The notes: a model not told the origin generated them from the sequence alone. DNA of 63,082 nt, filler included, from Chiloscyllium plagiosum (GCF_004010195.1; 7 parts of one record of this genome joined end to end with filler, not necessarily neighbours in it); one strand, 5' to 3'; positions 1-12,639 are shown, numbered from the whole stretch's first letter. Made by a program: numbers and translations.

Positions 1-430
1 TCTGTGCCATTAGTTCATCGGCTTTGTTATGAATGCTACGAGCATTCAGGTAAAAGTGCTTAATGCTAACTTCCTTATCATTAGAGATGTTGGAAGTCAT
101 ATGTCCTAAGTTATCCTTGCTTTTTACTGCATTCTCAGTCTGCCCCAATTTTAAATGTGCCTGGAAACATGCTATCCTGCTACTTATCTTGCCATTTACC
201 TCCATACTCCCTGTCGCTTTCACTTTCCCTTCCCCCCAACTCAGAAGTTTAAAGTCCTACTGACCACCCTATTTATCCTCTTCGCTAGAACATTGGTACC
301 TGATCGGTTCAGGTGGAGACCGTCCCAATGGTACAGATCCCCCCCTGTTCCAAAACTGATGCCAATGCACCATGAAGTGGAATCCCTCTTTCCCACACCA
401 ATCCCTTAGCCACGTGTTTACTTGCCTAAT
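1..430 (-). mobile_element. CR1 LINE fragment spanning the ORF1 esterase C-terminus and the ORF2 endonuclease start
   Basis: Minus strand encodes WDGLHLNRSGTNVLAKRI (ORF1 SGNH-esterase end), then FYLNARSIHNKADELMAQ (APE motif I). Confidence 0.85.
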
Positions 431-689
431 TTTACTTGCCTGCTAACATGTAAACAAAGTAGATAGGAGAAGATAGATATATCTTAAGCCTTGGTACAAG
501 TTATCTCTATCGAATGTTATTTGTGAATCCAATGTAGTTAATATTGTTTATAGCATGTCTAGTTACGTACACCAGCCCTTTCCCTGCCAACTGTTTGAAG
601 TTGAAAGAAACCCTTTATAACCTTGGTGTCAAATTAGACTGAAACGAGCTTTCAACCACATGGCTGCACAAAAGACTGTCTATATCTAT

Positions 690-880
690 CTCCATAATAT
701 CAATCTAACTCCACCCTGCCTCAGCTCATGTGCTGCTGAAACCTTCATCCATCTTTTTTTTAAAACCAATGGTGTTTACTTGCTCCATATTACTGATAAA
801 CTTCTTACTTGCTGCTCTTGATAAAAACTGCCCATGTCCTAACACACACCAATGTGTGTGCTGACTTTCATGCACGATCA
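690..880 (+). mobile_element. Old L2-like LINE fragment
   Basis: Degenerate ccctgcctcagctcatgtgctgctgaaaccttcatccat = PCLSSCAAETFIH, resembling the L2 ORF2 C-terminal xLSxxxAETLIHA motif. Confidence 0.5.
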
Positions 881-2649
881 CTTCATTTTATATACTATAT
901 ATTTATACTCGAGACTTTTCCACAGTGCTGAACAGAGCAAATTAAAAATGTTGTACAATTAGATTAAATTTGATATTATAAAAACATAAGTAGGTTTGTC
1001 ATCCTTGAAAGCACTTTTGTGTTTGATACTTATTTTTTACATATTTATTATGGATTTCTGGTCTTGCTCATAAGGATTTGGAGAATGAGGAAAGATAGCA
1101 CCATAATGGTATATTTTAGGTATGAATACTGACTAGAGCTACTTTTACATAAAGTCAGTAGACACTGAAGACTGGTGCAGGTCAGCAAGAAGCTACATTC
1201 CACCTTTTGTACCCACAAAATCAAGAAAGCATTTCATAACAAACCAAAAACCATTTATCTGCAAGTTCACTTACAATAGGGAAATAAGCCACAGCTTACT
1301 CATGATTCATACTTTGTTAATACTCATGAGTATCAAAACCCGCTTCAACGCAAAGGGCTGAAATTTTCAGTCTGCTGTCAGCAAGTGGGCAGGTGGTCAG
1401 CCCATATTATTTCACAGGGGCTTCCAGTTACTCATCCCCTACCAGTGCTTAACTTTAAACAAGTATTTATTTTTTCTATTCTTTTCATGATCTAAGTAGA
1501 TGTAGATAGACTAATATCTATTGTATTTCCTAATTGCCTTTGAGAACATCGTGGTTGTTATAAAAGGCAATTGGCCGGAAGAGGTTGATCTTGGACACTG
1601 CACTGGGTTCCACCCAAACTGACAATGTCATGCACCCTGGGATGGGGAAAGAGGAATCTACCCCTGGTTCCTGATAGTTCACCCTTTCCCACTGCCTCTG
1701 TAAGGTTTTATCCCCACTTCTGGTCTTGCTCTAACCAACTGCTCATCTTCTATGTTCTCACTGCTTCTCTGTTGTTAGTGATCTAGGAAACACTTCATTG
1801 TCTTTTAATTTTCTAATGAGGCATGTAACCAAGTCAGCTTTGTAGTTATTTCCTCCTTTGTTTCCTTAATCTGTAACAAGATCTTTTTTTGAGATCTAAC
1901 TAAAAGGAAAAATAGGGGAGGAGTGTTCCAATCTTGATGCAGGTTATACTTCATCCCCTACTCTGGCCACAGTGCTTGGTCCTCATACATAGGCCTTGAA
2001 CTAAATCATGTGTCTACTGTTATGATCCCATCTAGTTTTAGGTAGACGTCTTACACAATCTATTGACACCCTGCTAAACTGGTTCGTCTATGGCTTGTAG
2101 CAAAATTAAAGTCATGAGTTTAATTGATAGTTTAGGTTTCCTTACTACTTGACATATACAACATGTTTGGTGAAATTTATCCACGTCTTTATGTAATTCT
2201 GGCCATTAAAAATATTTTAGTATTTTAGCCTCTGTTTTGCTAATACTTAAATTACTTGCCACTGGCATTTTGTGGTCTACCTGTAAACTTGTATTACAAT
2301 ATTCAGTTTGAACCACCATCTGATGGACAACTGCCCATTCTTCATTAGCTAGAATTTGAGGTAATCTCCATTCTCCATTTGTCTTTCAAATCATAACACT
2401 TAGATATAGGCTCTTACACAACTTCTGAGTGGTGTGTTTGGTATAACATTCTTAATTCAGGATTCACCTGTTACATTGTTTTAAAGAAGATGAGTGAAGT
2501 TGGACCCCATCTTCCTTTCCTTCATTCCTATTATTCTATTTTTTTGACAGTTGTGTCTGTTAATGGCATTTCTACGTCAGTTTCCTTTTTCATTGCATCC
2601 TTGTCTTCCAGTCCAATTCTATGGACTTGAGAGCTAGTTACAACATAGT

Positions 2650-2925
2650 TATAGAATCAAAGAGATGTGCAGCATGGAAACCCTTCGGTCCAACTTGTCC
2701 ATGCCGACCAGATATCCCAACCCAATCTAGTCCCACCTGCCAGTACCCGGCCCATATGCCTCCAAACCCTTCTTATTCATATATCCATCCAGATGCCTTT
2801 TATAAGTGTTGCAATTGTATCAGCCTCCACCACTTCCTCTAGCAGCTCATTCCATACACGTACCATCCACTGCGTGAAAAAGCTGCCCCTTAGCTCTCTT
2901 TTATATCTTTCCCCTCTCACCCTAA
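2650..2925 (-). mobile_element. CR1 LINE 3' end fragment inserted in the Gypsy relic
   Basis: Near-identical to the CR1 3' ends at 7605-7870 and 62580-62830. Confidence 0.85.
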
Positions 2926-4037
2926 ACAGCTCCATTTCCTCTCAATATTTTTATTGGTTTCTCTACTTTTCAAACAGCATATTCAGAATCTCCAGGCATC
3001 TGATTCTCTTTATTAATATTGAACGAAGAATTTTGTGACTAGTCATCTAAACTTTCCTAAAGAATCCGAGGAAGCAACATCTTGTCACACTACAGGTACA
3101 GTTTAATAACCAATTTCTTTATGATGCCCCTTTTTCTGAGGATTCTTTAGGCATTCCTACTACTGCAATTCTCCCAACTAACCTCTTAACAATTAGCTTT
3201 GGTATATCCAGACTTAATGCAATGGAAACATGTTACTTTCTCTACGTTACTGTTCGTCCTAGCATTTCTCTCTATTGCTCGGGCATCCTTCTGCTTGTTC
3301 CTTAAAGCTAGGACATTTTCCATTCCAGCCTTCTTACTCATCCAGTTTTCTTGCAGATTCTCATATTACCCTCTCCACACTTCTAATTATGGTACCTGCC
3401 AGGACTGCTGCTTTTGAAACTTATATTAGCTTTAAAGTTTACTGGAATACTATTTTTGAATACTTCCATCATCATGATTTTCCTTAGGTTTTACATTTTT
3501 TTTCTAAATTCATTTGTCAAAACCACTGATTCTATGCTAATTCTTTTCTCTTACAAATTCTGCAAATGTCTGGTTAGGTTTGTTACTTGTTGCCCTAAAC
3601 TTTAATTGATAAGCTTCAGTAATAAGCTCATAAACATGGATTATTTTAACAGTTTCATAGTCTGCAGATTGTGCTTTTGAAAAAAATTGGCATTCACGTT
3701 CATAATAGTGTTTGTCAAAACGCTCTGTAGTATTATTTTGGTCTCTATGTCTGCCCTGCTATCTTTACAAATGAGGTTAAATATCTTTCAACTTTATCCT
3801 CTGCAAATTTAGGCACTAAGTGCAGATTTCCTGTTAAATCAAATCTATTATTGGTATCAGAAGCATCTTCTGAAATATTAACTCTTCTTTAAGCTTTTTT
3901 CTAGCCAAATCATGTTGTCTGATTTCCATGTCTCCTTGGAGTTTTCAATATTTTAAAACACCACTTCCATATCTTTGTCATTCTCTTCTCGATTTTCCCA
4001 AGCTTGCTTATGTTAAATTCTTTTATTTTCTTCCTCA

Positions 4038-4355
4038 GGGCAGCATGGTGGCACAGTGGTTAGCATTGCTGCCTCACAGCGCCAGAAACCCGGGTTCAAT
4101 TCCTGCCTCAGGCAACTGACTGTGTGAAGTTTGCACATTCTCCCCATGTCTGCGTGGGTTTCTTCCGGGTGCTCCGGTTTCCTCCCACAGTCCAAAATGT
4201 GCAGGTCAGGTGAATTCGCCATGTTAAATTGCCCGTAGTGTTAGGTGAAGGGATAAATGTAAGAGAATGGGTCTGGGTGGGTTGGTCTTCGGAGGGTCGG
4301 TGTGGACTTGTTGGGCCGAAGGGCCTGTTTCCACACTGTAAGTAATCTATCTAAT
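4038..4355 (+). mobile_element. HE1-like tRNA-derived V-SINE
   Basis: A box tggcacagtgg, B box ggttcaattcc, central domain gtttgcacattctcccc...gggtttc.tccgggtgctccggtttcctcccaca, CR1-like tail gggccgaagggcctgtttcc and short atct repeats. Confidence 0.92.
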
Positions 4356-4744
4356 CTCTCTTTCCACCTTTCTTGCAATTCAAGGCTTTTTGTTTCTACA
4401 TAATCTTAAGTAATTCCAGTAATGATGCATCAAGTTGAGAGTTCCTTTGTTTTAATTTCAAATGCTATGTAATTAGTTTAAGCATCTCATCTTTACAAGA
4501 TTCTGCTTTTATTTCTACCTTCATCTGCTAACTCTTTTAGTTGAGCCTTGGAAAAAAAATACTTCAAATAATCCATTATTATATACTTTACTCCCAGCAA
4601 CTCTTAGCCCAACACTCAATGCGATTCTGAAAGTACCATGATTACAATATGCTTTAGCCCAACATTCCTAATTTATGCCTGGTATCTCTTTGTACTCACA
4701 TGTTCAGCAAAGACACAGATTTTATTTAAATTCAATACATTCTG

Positions 4745-4759
4745 ATCTCACGAGCTCCA
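4745..4759 (-). promoter_or_regulatory. Degenerate primer-binding site (tRNA-Pro-like) of the Gypsy relic
   Basis: Minus strand reads ...TAATACA ag TGGAGCTCGTGAGAT, resembling the tRNA-Pro PBS TGGGGGCTCGTCCGGGAT, directly upstream of gag and just after a CA LTR-like end. Confidence 0.45.
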
Positions 4760-4761
4760 CT

Positions 4762-5830
4762 TGTATTACATATTTTTGTTTATATATTCATATTTATACT
4801 TAAGGACTGTGAGGAACTAAAATATAGAATTGTTTGGACATTCTAGATTTAAAGGATTGATCAAGCTTTGAAGACAGACTTTTTTTTGACATGGAAATGA
4901 AAGGTGTAATGTGAGCTGTGACTCACTTGCGAATTACTGAAATGTCAAGTAACTTTAGAAAGGAGACAAGCAAACCTTTTAAGAAAGATGAGAGATGAAG
5001 CTTATTCTTCAAATGTTCTACAAACCTGGTTTGGAAGAGATAGGAACTACATGCTAAAGGTCACCTAACAACACTCTTCTGAAGTTAGTTTCTGTTTTTC
5101 CAGGACACCTGTGTAGGTCGGAAGAAGGAAAAGACATCCAAAATGTGCAGTAAACAATTCTCTATCTCTCTTCTAAAAAAAAGTAAGAAGACAGCTGACA
5201 GCAGGTCAAGACTGGACAGATTTCTCTTGGTGTAGTATTATTGGGAACCAGATAAATTCCCAAATACTGGTATTACTGGCTAACTCATAAGCGCTGAACA
5301 CACAACAGTGGCAAAGAGATAACAAGTAACTGACTTTCCGTCTGAATTGAAGTCAAATCTGAAGATTTTCTATCACCGACTTTTCTGTAGCTATAACACT
5401 CCAATATACTTTTCTAAGGTATGATTTGCCTGTATTGCACGCAAAATAATATTTTTCCATTGCATCTCAGTATGTATGACAAGAATAAAACAAATCAAAT
5501 CAAAAATCAATCAGAATTTTCCTTGCATCGACCGGAAACTCAAGGAATTGTGTTAAGTAATCTCATTTTATTTTTTGAGTTGCAAACCTTGGCCCAAGGG
5601 AGCATTTGTTTCATTTTGCTTTATTTTCTAAAAAAGTCAATCATTGCAGAGCATTATTGTCTTGTTTATTGTGGGAATGCATTGGTTTTGTATTAAGGGG
5701 AGAGAGTTCAATTCTGTTTTATTGCTTAGTTGTTAACATTTTTTCCCCTGTTTAACTAAATTTTGTTTTTAATAAACAAGTTAATTTTGAGTTTGTTAAG
5801 GCAATCTGGTGAAAGTCACTTGAATCACAA
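4762..5830. mobile_element. Probable LTR adjoining the Gypsy relic, with an inserted Rex/Babar 3' tail
   Basis: Starts with TGT next to the PBS and has LTR-like composition; the far boundary is uncertain. Confidence 0.35.
5400..5513 (+). mobile_element. Rex1/Babar-type 3' tail fragment
   Basis: tttttccattgcatctcagtatgtatgacaagaataaa followed by short caaat repeats; same architecture as the tail at 26681-26730. Confidence 0.55.
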
Positions 5831-6149
5831 CGCTAATGATATGGCTCATGGAGTAGAGGGGCTAGATTACCTGCCCAGCTCTCCTGCCACAGACATAACT
5901 GAACTACAAATAAAAGAAACAACAGAAACCAAAAAAGGTTTAATAAACTGAAGAAAGAAAATGCAAATGCAAGGAGTATACGTGTTTCACTTTGATACCC
6001 CACTCCAAAAATGTGCGATGAACTCATGACTGTTTCTTCCGTTACATGTAGCATGTCATCTTGGCGCTCAAAACTGAATTTAAGCATCACTTAAAGCTAG
6101 TCTGCATCTCTTAAAAGGGAAGTGCATTGTGGCTGAAATAAACTGTGAA

Positions 6150-6765
6150 AGAAGAATAGAAATGCAAAGCATTTCTTGAACGGTAAGAGGTTAGAAAATG
6201 TCTATGTACAAAGGCACCTGAATATTCTTGTCAATACATTACTGAAGGCTAACATGCAGGTGCAGCAGGCAGATAGGAAGGCTAGTGGTATGTCAGTCTT
6301 TATTGTAAGATTACTTGGGTATGGAAGTAGTAAAGTTTTGTTTCACTTATACAGAACCTTGGTTAGACAACATCTGGAGTAGAGTGTAGTTTTGATCCTT
6401 ACCTTCGGAACAATGTTATTGCCATAGAGGGAGGTTCATTAGACTTGCCCCCGGAATGGTGGGACTGACCTCTGAAGAGAGGCTGGGAAAACTGGGCTTG
6501 TATCCTCCAGAGTTTTGAAGAAACAAAGAGTTGATCACCTTGAAACCTACAAACTACTTGAAGCAATAGCTAAGACATTTCCCCTGGGTAGAGAATCTAG
6601 AACAAGGGGGGCACAATTTTAAAATAAGTGGATACCAATTACAACTGAGATGTGGAGAAATTCTTTTACATAGAGGGCTGCTAATCATTGGAATTCTCCA
6701 TCCTAGAGGGTACGGAAGAACAGTCTTTAGGCATGCTTAGATATGGCAGGTTTGTAAATATGAAT
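6150..6765 (+). mobile_element. CR1 ORF2 3' fragment
   Basis: LYRTLVRQHLE motif and the downstream CR1 C-terminal region. Confidence 0.8.
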
Positions 6766-7604
6766 AGGGAGGCAATGGACTAGTTGTTTATCACCAGACT
6801 AACAATCCAGAATCTCAGCTAATGTTCTGGGCATCTGAATTTGAAAGCCGCCACAGCAGATTGTGGGATTTGAATTCATTTTTAAGAATCTGGAATAAGA
6901 ATCTACTGACCATGGAACCATTGTCAACTGTTGGACCGATCGCCTGGTTCACTCATGTCCTTCCAGGAAGGAAATAATCTGGTCAGGCCTAGATGTGATC
7001 CCACACCCACAGTGGTTGAATTTCAATGGTGTAACAAGTAACTTAGTTACATCAATTGCTGCAAAGTCTAAAAAAAATGAAACTGGATAGACAACCTGGC
7101 ATCGACCTAGGCACTGGAAAAGACAACAGCAGAAACAGCCCTGACAACCCCGCAAAGTCTTCCTTAATAAAATCTGGAGGAGAGTACTAAACTTGGGAGA
7201 GCTATCAAGTCAAACAACAGCCTGACATAATCATACACACAGAATCATACCTTACAGACAATGTCTAAAACACCACAATCACCACCCATGGATATCTCCT
7301 GAACAACCAGCAGGGCAGACCCAGCAGAGTGACACACACTCAGGACGGAGATGCTCTGGGAGTCCTCAACATTTACTCCAGACCCCATGATGTCTCATGG
7401 CTTCAGATTAAACATGGGCAAAGGAATCTCCTGCTGATTAGTACACCGTCCTCCCTCCTGCAGATGCATTGATACTCCTCCATACTGAACAACACTTGGA
7501 GGAAGCACTGAGGGTGGCAAGGGCACCAAATGTATGGGTGGGGGATATCAATGTCCACCACTAAGAGTGGCTTGGCAAGAGTGCTACTGATTGAGCTGGT
7601 CGTA

Positions 7605-8560
7605 GAGATGTACAGCATGGAAACAGACCCTTCGGTCCACCTTGTCTATGTCTTTCAGATATCCTAAATTAATCTAGCACTATTTGCCAGCACTTTGGCC
7701 ATATCCCTCTAAACTCTTCCTATTCACATACCCATCCAGATGCCTTTTAAATGTTATAATTGTACAAGCCTCCACCACTTCCTCTGGCATCTCAATCCGT
7801 ACACACACCACCTTCTGCGTTAAAAAGTTGCCCCTTAGGTCCCTTCTAAATCTTTCCCCTCTCACCCAAAACCTATGCCCTCTAGTTCTGGACTCCCTAA
7901 CCCCAGGGAAAAGACCTTATCTATTTATCTTATCCATGCCCCTCATGATTTTATTAACCTCTATAAGATCATCCCTCAGCCTCCGACGCTCCATTGCCCC
8001 AGCCAATTCAACATCTCCCTTTAGCTCAAATCCTCCAATCCTGGCAACATCCTTGTAAAACTTTTCTGAACACCTTCAAGTTTCACAACATCCTTCCAAG
8101 AGGAGCGAGACCAGAACTTCACACAATATTCCAAAAGTGGCCTTACCAATACCCCGTAGAGCAACATTATGATCTCCCAACTCCTATACTCAATGCTCTG
8201 ACCAATAAAGGAAAGCATACTAATGCCTACTTCACTACCTTATCTACCTGCGACACCACTTTCAAGGAACTATGAACCTGCACTCCAAGGTCTCTTTGTT
8301 CAGTAACACTTTCCAGGATCCTACCATTAAGTATATAAGTCCTGCCCTGATTTGACTTTCCAAAATGCAGCACCTCACATTTATCTAAATTAAACTCCAT
8401 CTGCCACTCCTCGGCCCACCGGCCCACCTGATCAAGATGGCTTTGTACTCTGAAGTAACCTTCTTCACTGTCCACTGCACCTCCAATTTTGGTATAATCT
8501 GCAAACTTACTAACCACAACCTCCTATGTTCACATCCAAATCATTTATATAAATGACAGG
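7605..8560 (-). mobile_element. CR1 LINE 3' ~1 kb (RT C-terminus to 3' end)
   Basis: ORF fragments SKFADYTKIGG..WQMEFNLDKCEVLHFG and LVRPLLEYCVKFW, plus a 3' UTR. Confidence 0.92.
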
Positions 8561-8674
8561 AAAAATATATTTGATCTCATCATCACCAATCTGCATCTGT
8601 CCATGATAGTTTCGGTAAGAGTAACTACTGCATAGCCCTTGTGGAGACAAAGTCTTTCCTTCACAATGAGAATA

Positions 8675-9050
8675 GCCTGGAGCATTGGAGGCTGAAGAGT
8701 GACCTTATAGAGGTTTGTAAAATCATAAAGGCAATGATTACGGTGAATAGCCGAGATCTTTTTCTTAGGGTGGGGGTGTTAAAAACTAGAGGACATAGGT
8801 TTAAGGTGAAAAGGGAAGGATTTAAAAAAGACCTGAGGGGTAACTTTTTCATGCAGAGACTGGCGCGTGTATGGAGTAAGCTGTGAGAGAGTGGTGGATG
8901 CGGGTACAATTACAACATTTAAAATGCATCTGGATGCTCAGGAACAGTTTAGAGGGCTATGAGCCAAATTCTGGCAAATGCGACTAGGTCAGATCAGGAT
9001 GTCTAGTCGACGCAGACAAGTTGTTTCTGTGCTCAATAGTTCTATAACAA
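8675..9050 (+). mobile_element. CR1 3' fragment
   Basis: RLKSDLIEVCKII..TRGHRFKV..DLRGNFF motif and a 3' UTR. Confidence 0.85.
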
Positions 9051-9816
9051 CCTCGATCATGTTGCGTGGCACTATCATCATGCTAAATGGGACAAACTTT
9101 GTCTAGATCTAGAAACTCAAGACTAGGCATCATGAGGCACTGTGGGCCATCAACAGCAACATAATTCTTTTCCAGTGCAATCTACAACCTTATAGCCCAG
9201 CATAGCCTCCACTCAACCATTACCACCAAGACAGGGAATCAACCTTGGTTCAATGGAGAATACAGGAGGATATGCCAGGAACAGTACCAGACATACCTAT
9301 AAAACAGAGTCAACCTGGTGAAGCCACCAAACAGGACTACTGGCATGGCAAACAACATAAGGAGCAAGTGATAGACAGAGCTAAGTGAGCCTACAATGAA
9401 CGGATCAAATCTAAATCCTGCAATCCTGTCACATTTGCATCTCTTTCCTTCGCTATTGCTTCAAGTTTGTGCCTGAATAATTTTATGCTATTCTAAGTTA
9501 AATGTTATTTTGTGAATAAAAAGGCCCAGTTCACTCAAAAGATTTTAATCTGCTTTAAGCAGCTTAGCATTCATTCACCACTGTCTTAATACTCCCAATC
9601 ATCTTGGCACCACTGCATCGACTTCCATATTAAAGCCATGAATTAGAGTGGGAAATAACAATAAAAATTATCCACTAATTTGAATGAAACAATGTCCAAT
9701 TAGTATGTGCAGACAGCAAAACAATACATAGTATAATTAAGTAAGGAAAGGAAAAATATAACACCCTCCAATAATTATCTTTTGCAGTAACCTTTTAATT
9801 ATCCTGTAATTAAATT

Positions 9817-10095
9817 AACAATTTATATTTATATTGCACCTTTAAAACTGCAAACTGTCCAAAATATCACAGGCGCATCACTCAGCAAATCTGATATCAA
9901 ACCAGACAAAGAAATGTTACGGCAAATATCAAAATGTTTAGTGAAAGAGATGGGTGTGGAGTACTGGAAAGAGAGGTAGAGACATTTAAGAAAGACATTT
10001 CTGAGCTTAGAGCCATTATAGCTGAAAGCATAGCACCAATAATGGAGCAATCATAATCAAGAATGTTTGAGAGGATAGAATTAGAGGAGTGCTAA
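9817..10095 (-). mobile_element. L2-like LINE 3' end fragment
   Basis: aacaatttatatttatattgcaccttt start resembles the reverse complement of L2 3' ends; strongly diverged. Confidence 0.45.
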
Positions 10096-10096
10096 T

Positions 10097-10872
10097 AGAA
10101 ACACAGAAACATAGAAAATAATAGGCCAATCAGCCCTCCAAGCTTATTTTGCCATTCAATATGATCACAGCTGCTTATCCAACTCAGTACCCTGCTCCCG
10201 CTTTCTCTTCACACCCTTTAAGCCATTTAGCTCTAAGATCTATATGCAACTCCTTGAAAACCTTCAATGTTTTGGCCTCAATTGCTTTCCATGACAAAGA
10301 GTTCCACAGGCTCATCATTCTCTGGGTGAAGAAATTTCTCCTTGTTTTGGTCCTAAATGGACTACCCTGTATTCTTAGACTGTGACCCTTCTTTCTAAGC
10401 TCCCTAGTCATTTGGAACATTATTCTTGCATTTACCCTGTCTAGTCCTGTTAGAATTTTATAGGTTTCTATAACATAACCCCTCATTTTTGTAAACTACA
10501 ATGAATACACTCCTAACAGATCCAATCTCTTTTCATCAGTCAGTCCTGCTCTGCCAGGTATCAGTCTGGTAATCCTTTGTTGCACACGATCCATTGCCAG
10601 AACATTCTTCCTCAGATAAAGAGACGAACATTGCACACAGTGTTCCAGGTAACCAAGGCCCTATACAATTGCAGCAGACTTCCTACTCCTGTATACGAAT
10701 CGTTTTGCTATGAAGGCTAACATACTAACTGCCTTCTTCAACATCTGCTGCACCTGTATGCTTACTTTCAGCAGCTAGTGTACAAGGAGACCTAGGTCTC
10801 GCTGCAACTCCCCCTTTCCCAATCTATTGCCATTTAGATAATGATCTGCCTTCCTGTTTTTGCTACCAAAGT
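10097..10872 (-). mobile_element. CR1 3' fragment
   Basis: RGYVIETYKILTGLDRV..GHSLRIQG..RRNFFTQR motif and a 3' UTR. Confidence 0.88.
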
Positions 10873-10907
10873 TCACCCTCCCACCCAGCTAAAAACAAAT
10901 ATAGTAA

Positions 10908-10932
10908 TACAGAGAACCTCGATTATCCAAAC
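10908..10932 (+). mobile_element. Possible Tc1/pogo (Tigger-like) terminal inverted repeat
   Basis: ta|cagagaacctcgattatcc resembles Tigger-type TIRs with a TA target; no partner end seen because a gap follows. Confidence 0.3.
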
Positions 10933-11078
10933 GAGATGGGCAGGCACCGGTCAAGAGGCTAGTAGCACATCGCACATGAGTCCCCAACTCCTCCGTCCCC
11001 CAACCCCATCCAACACAATCCTCGCCTTCCCATCTATCACCTCCCCAACCCTGTCCAACACTGCCCCCTCACCGCCTC

Positions 11079-11178
11079 NNNNNNNNNNNNNNNNNNNNNN
11101 NNNNNNNNNNNNNNNNNNNNNNTTAATTAATTAANNNNNNNNNNNNNNNNNNNNNNNNNNNNNNNNNNNNNNNNNNNN
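11079..11178. other. 100-bp assembly gap with TTAATTAATTAA linker (also at 30394-30493, 44282-44381, 48662-48761, 54893-54992 and 60228-60327)
   Basis: Identical 44N + 12-mer + 44N structure six times; the 12-mer places stops in all six frames. Confidence 0.97.
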
Positions 11179-11432
11179 AAGGGGGCAAAGCTTTAAATTA
11201 AGGGGGGTTAGGTATAGGACAGATGTTAGGGGTAGGTTCTTTACTCAGCGAGTCGTGAGTTCATGGAATGCCCTGCCAGTAGCAGTGGTGGACTCTCCCT
11301 CATTATGGGCATTTAAGCGGGCATTGGACAGGCATATGGAGGATAGTGGGCTAGTGTAGGTTAGGTGGGCTTGGATCGGCGCAACATCGAGGGCCGAAGG
11401 GCCTGTACTGCGCTGTATTCTTCTATGTTCTA
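11179..11432 (+). mobile_element. CR1 3' end (CpG-retaining, probably young subfamily)
   Basis: ttctttactcagcgagtcgtg...gggccgaagggcctgtactgcgctgtattcttctatgttct terminus. Confidence 0.85.
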
Positions 11433-11439
11433 ATTATCT

Positions 11440-11763
11440 GATTAGATTAGATTTGATTAGATTCCCTACAGTGTGGAAACAGGCCCTTCGACCCAACAAG
11501 TCCACACCGACCCTCTGAAGAGTAGCCCACCCAGACCCATTTCCCTCTGACTAATGCACCTAACACTATGGGCATTTTAGCATGAGCAATTCACCTGTCC
11601 TGCACATCTTTGGACTGTGGGAGAAAACCGGAGCACCCGGAGGAACCCACACAGACATGGGGAGAATGTGCAAACTCCACACAGTCACCCAAGGCTGGGA
11701 TCAAACCTAGGACCCTGGTGCTGTGAGGCTGCAGTGCTAACCACTGAGCCACCATGCTGCCCA
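11440..11763 (-). mobile_element. HE1-like V-SINE
   Basis: Reverse complement of the same SINE family as 4038-4355. Confidence 0.9.
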
Positions 11764-12099
11764 TGTTGGTGTATCCAGTTCTGTAGTACTGGCTGTGGTT
11801 TGGGTTTGCAGGCTTTGGGCAAGCTGTACCTTTGATATTGACTTACTCTACTCCTTCAACTGTGCCATTTCTCACTGTTTTCCCTTGCATTATCACCCAC
11901 TTCTTCTGCTACTCCTGCTCAAGTTTTCTAAACATCTTCAGTTATTCTCAATATGTCACTTACTCTAATGGCAATACCACTTCTATCCTTCCCCATTTTC
12001 CACTTGAGTACTTTCTATAGATCATTTTAATTTATTCACATTCTTGCACTTCACATGTCTTGTACTGTTTTTTTTAAAATATCTGAAATATATATTTGA

Positions 12100-12613
12100 T
12101 CATGGTTTTGCTGTACTCTTGCTGTTTGTGACAACATATCTCTGCCATCTAGCATTTTCAACAATGGCGTGCGTGAAAAACAACAGGAGTGAGTGTTTGT
12201 CAGCGAAGCAAGATTTTCGAGTGGCCCATCAATTCCTCCTCAGATGAAAAGGCTCTGTGCACATCAGCAGGGCCAGGTTTGCCACCATTCTCAGCAAATT
12301 GCAATTTACTCTGATCCATGATTCATGAAGAGTTAGAAATGGTTGCGTTTAACAGACTTTGAAAATGTGTCTGGTCTCACAGTGGAAGACTGTGTATTTG
12401 TGCCAGTGTATTTGAAACATTAATGCTTTTGATCCTTCTTTTAGCTTATTGTATGCACTATGATGCAAATCTCTCTTGTAAGCTGTAACCATAGTAAATG
12501 CAAGTACATGTGACATTCATGAGCAATAAATTCAGCTGAACAAAGTGGGTAGGCCGTGGAATTGTTTGTCTCATTGGTGTGTGCCTTAATACCGAAAGGG
12601 TCAAGAACCACTG
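12100..12613 (+). mobile_element. hAT (Charlie/Buster-like) DNA transposon 3' relic
   Basis: LLLFVTTYLCHLAFSTMACVK..DFRVA resembles the hAT C-terminal dimerisation motif LLPFxTTYLCExxFS; terminus gggtcaagaaccactg is the reverse complement of a CAGTGGTTCTCAAC-type TIR. Confidence 0.7.
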
Positions 12614-12639
12614 CTGTAGGGTACTGGATGGTAAGGGAG

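Larger units (their letters stand above)
1700..4760 (-). mobile_element. Degenerate Gypsy (Gmr1-like) LTR retrotransposon internal region: gag (SCAN-like CA plus zinc knuckle) followed by integrase
   Basis: Minus strand: YETVK..YELITEAYQLKFR..QTFAEFVREK (~3500-3680); zinc knuckle CFHCIKSGYTKANC (~3195-3240); NEEWAVVHQMVV and the integrase HHCC region W-PELHKDV..TCCICQVVRKP (~2110-2380); IDCVRRLPKTR core (~2030-2070). Many stops and frameshifts. Interrupted by a CR1 fragment and a SINE. Confidence 0.8.
6768..9435 (+). mobile_element. CR1/L2-group LINE 5' part with a tRNA-like head and an APE endonuclease region; split by two CR1 insertions (7605-8560 and 8675-9050)
   Basis: Head ggaggcaatggactagttg...gaatttgaaagcc; then degenerate LGEL..KQQPDIIIHTESYL (~7190-7260), GDINVHH (~7540) and DLIITN (~8570); continues after 9050. 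Confidence 0.65.

Noticed and set aside
4038..4115. tRNA genes at SINE heads (also at 11690-11763, 21015 and 58319)
   Set aside because: The A/B boxes continue into SINE body and tail; these are tRNA-derived SINE heads, not tRNA genes.
11123..11134. Recurrent TTAATTAATTAA palindrome (six copies)
   Set aside because: Always centred in a 100-bp N run, so it is an artificial scaffolding linker.
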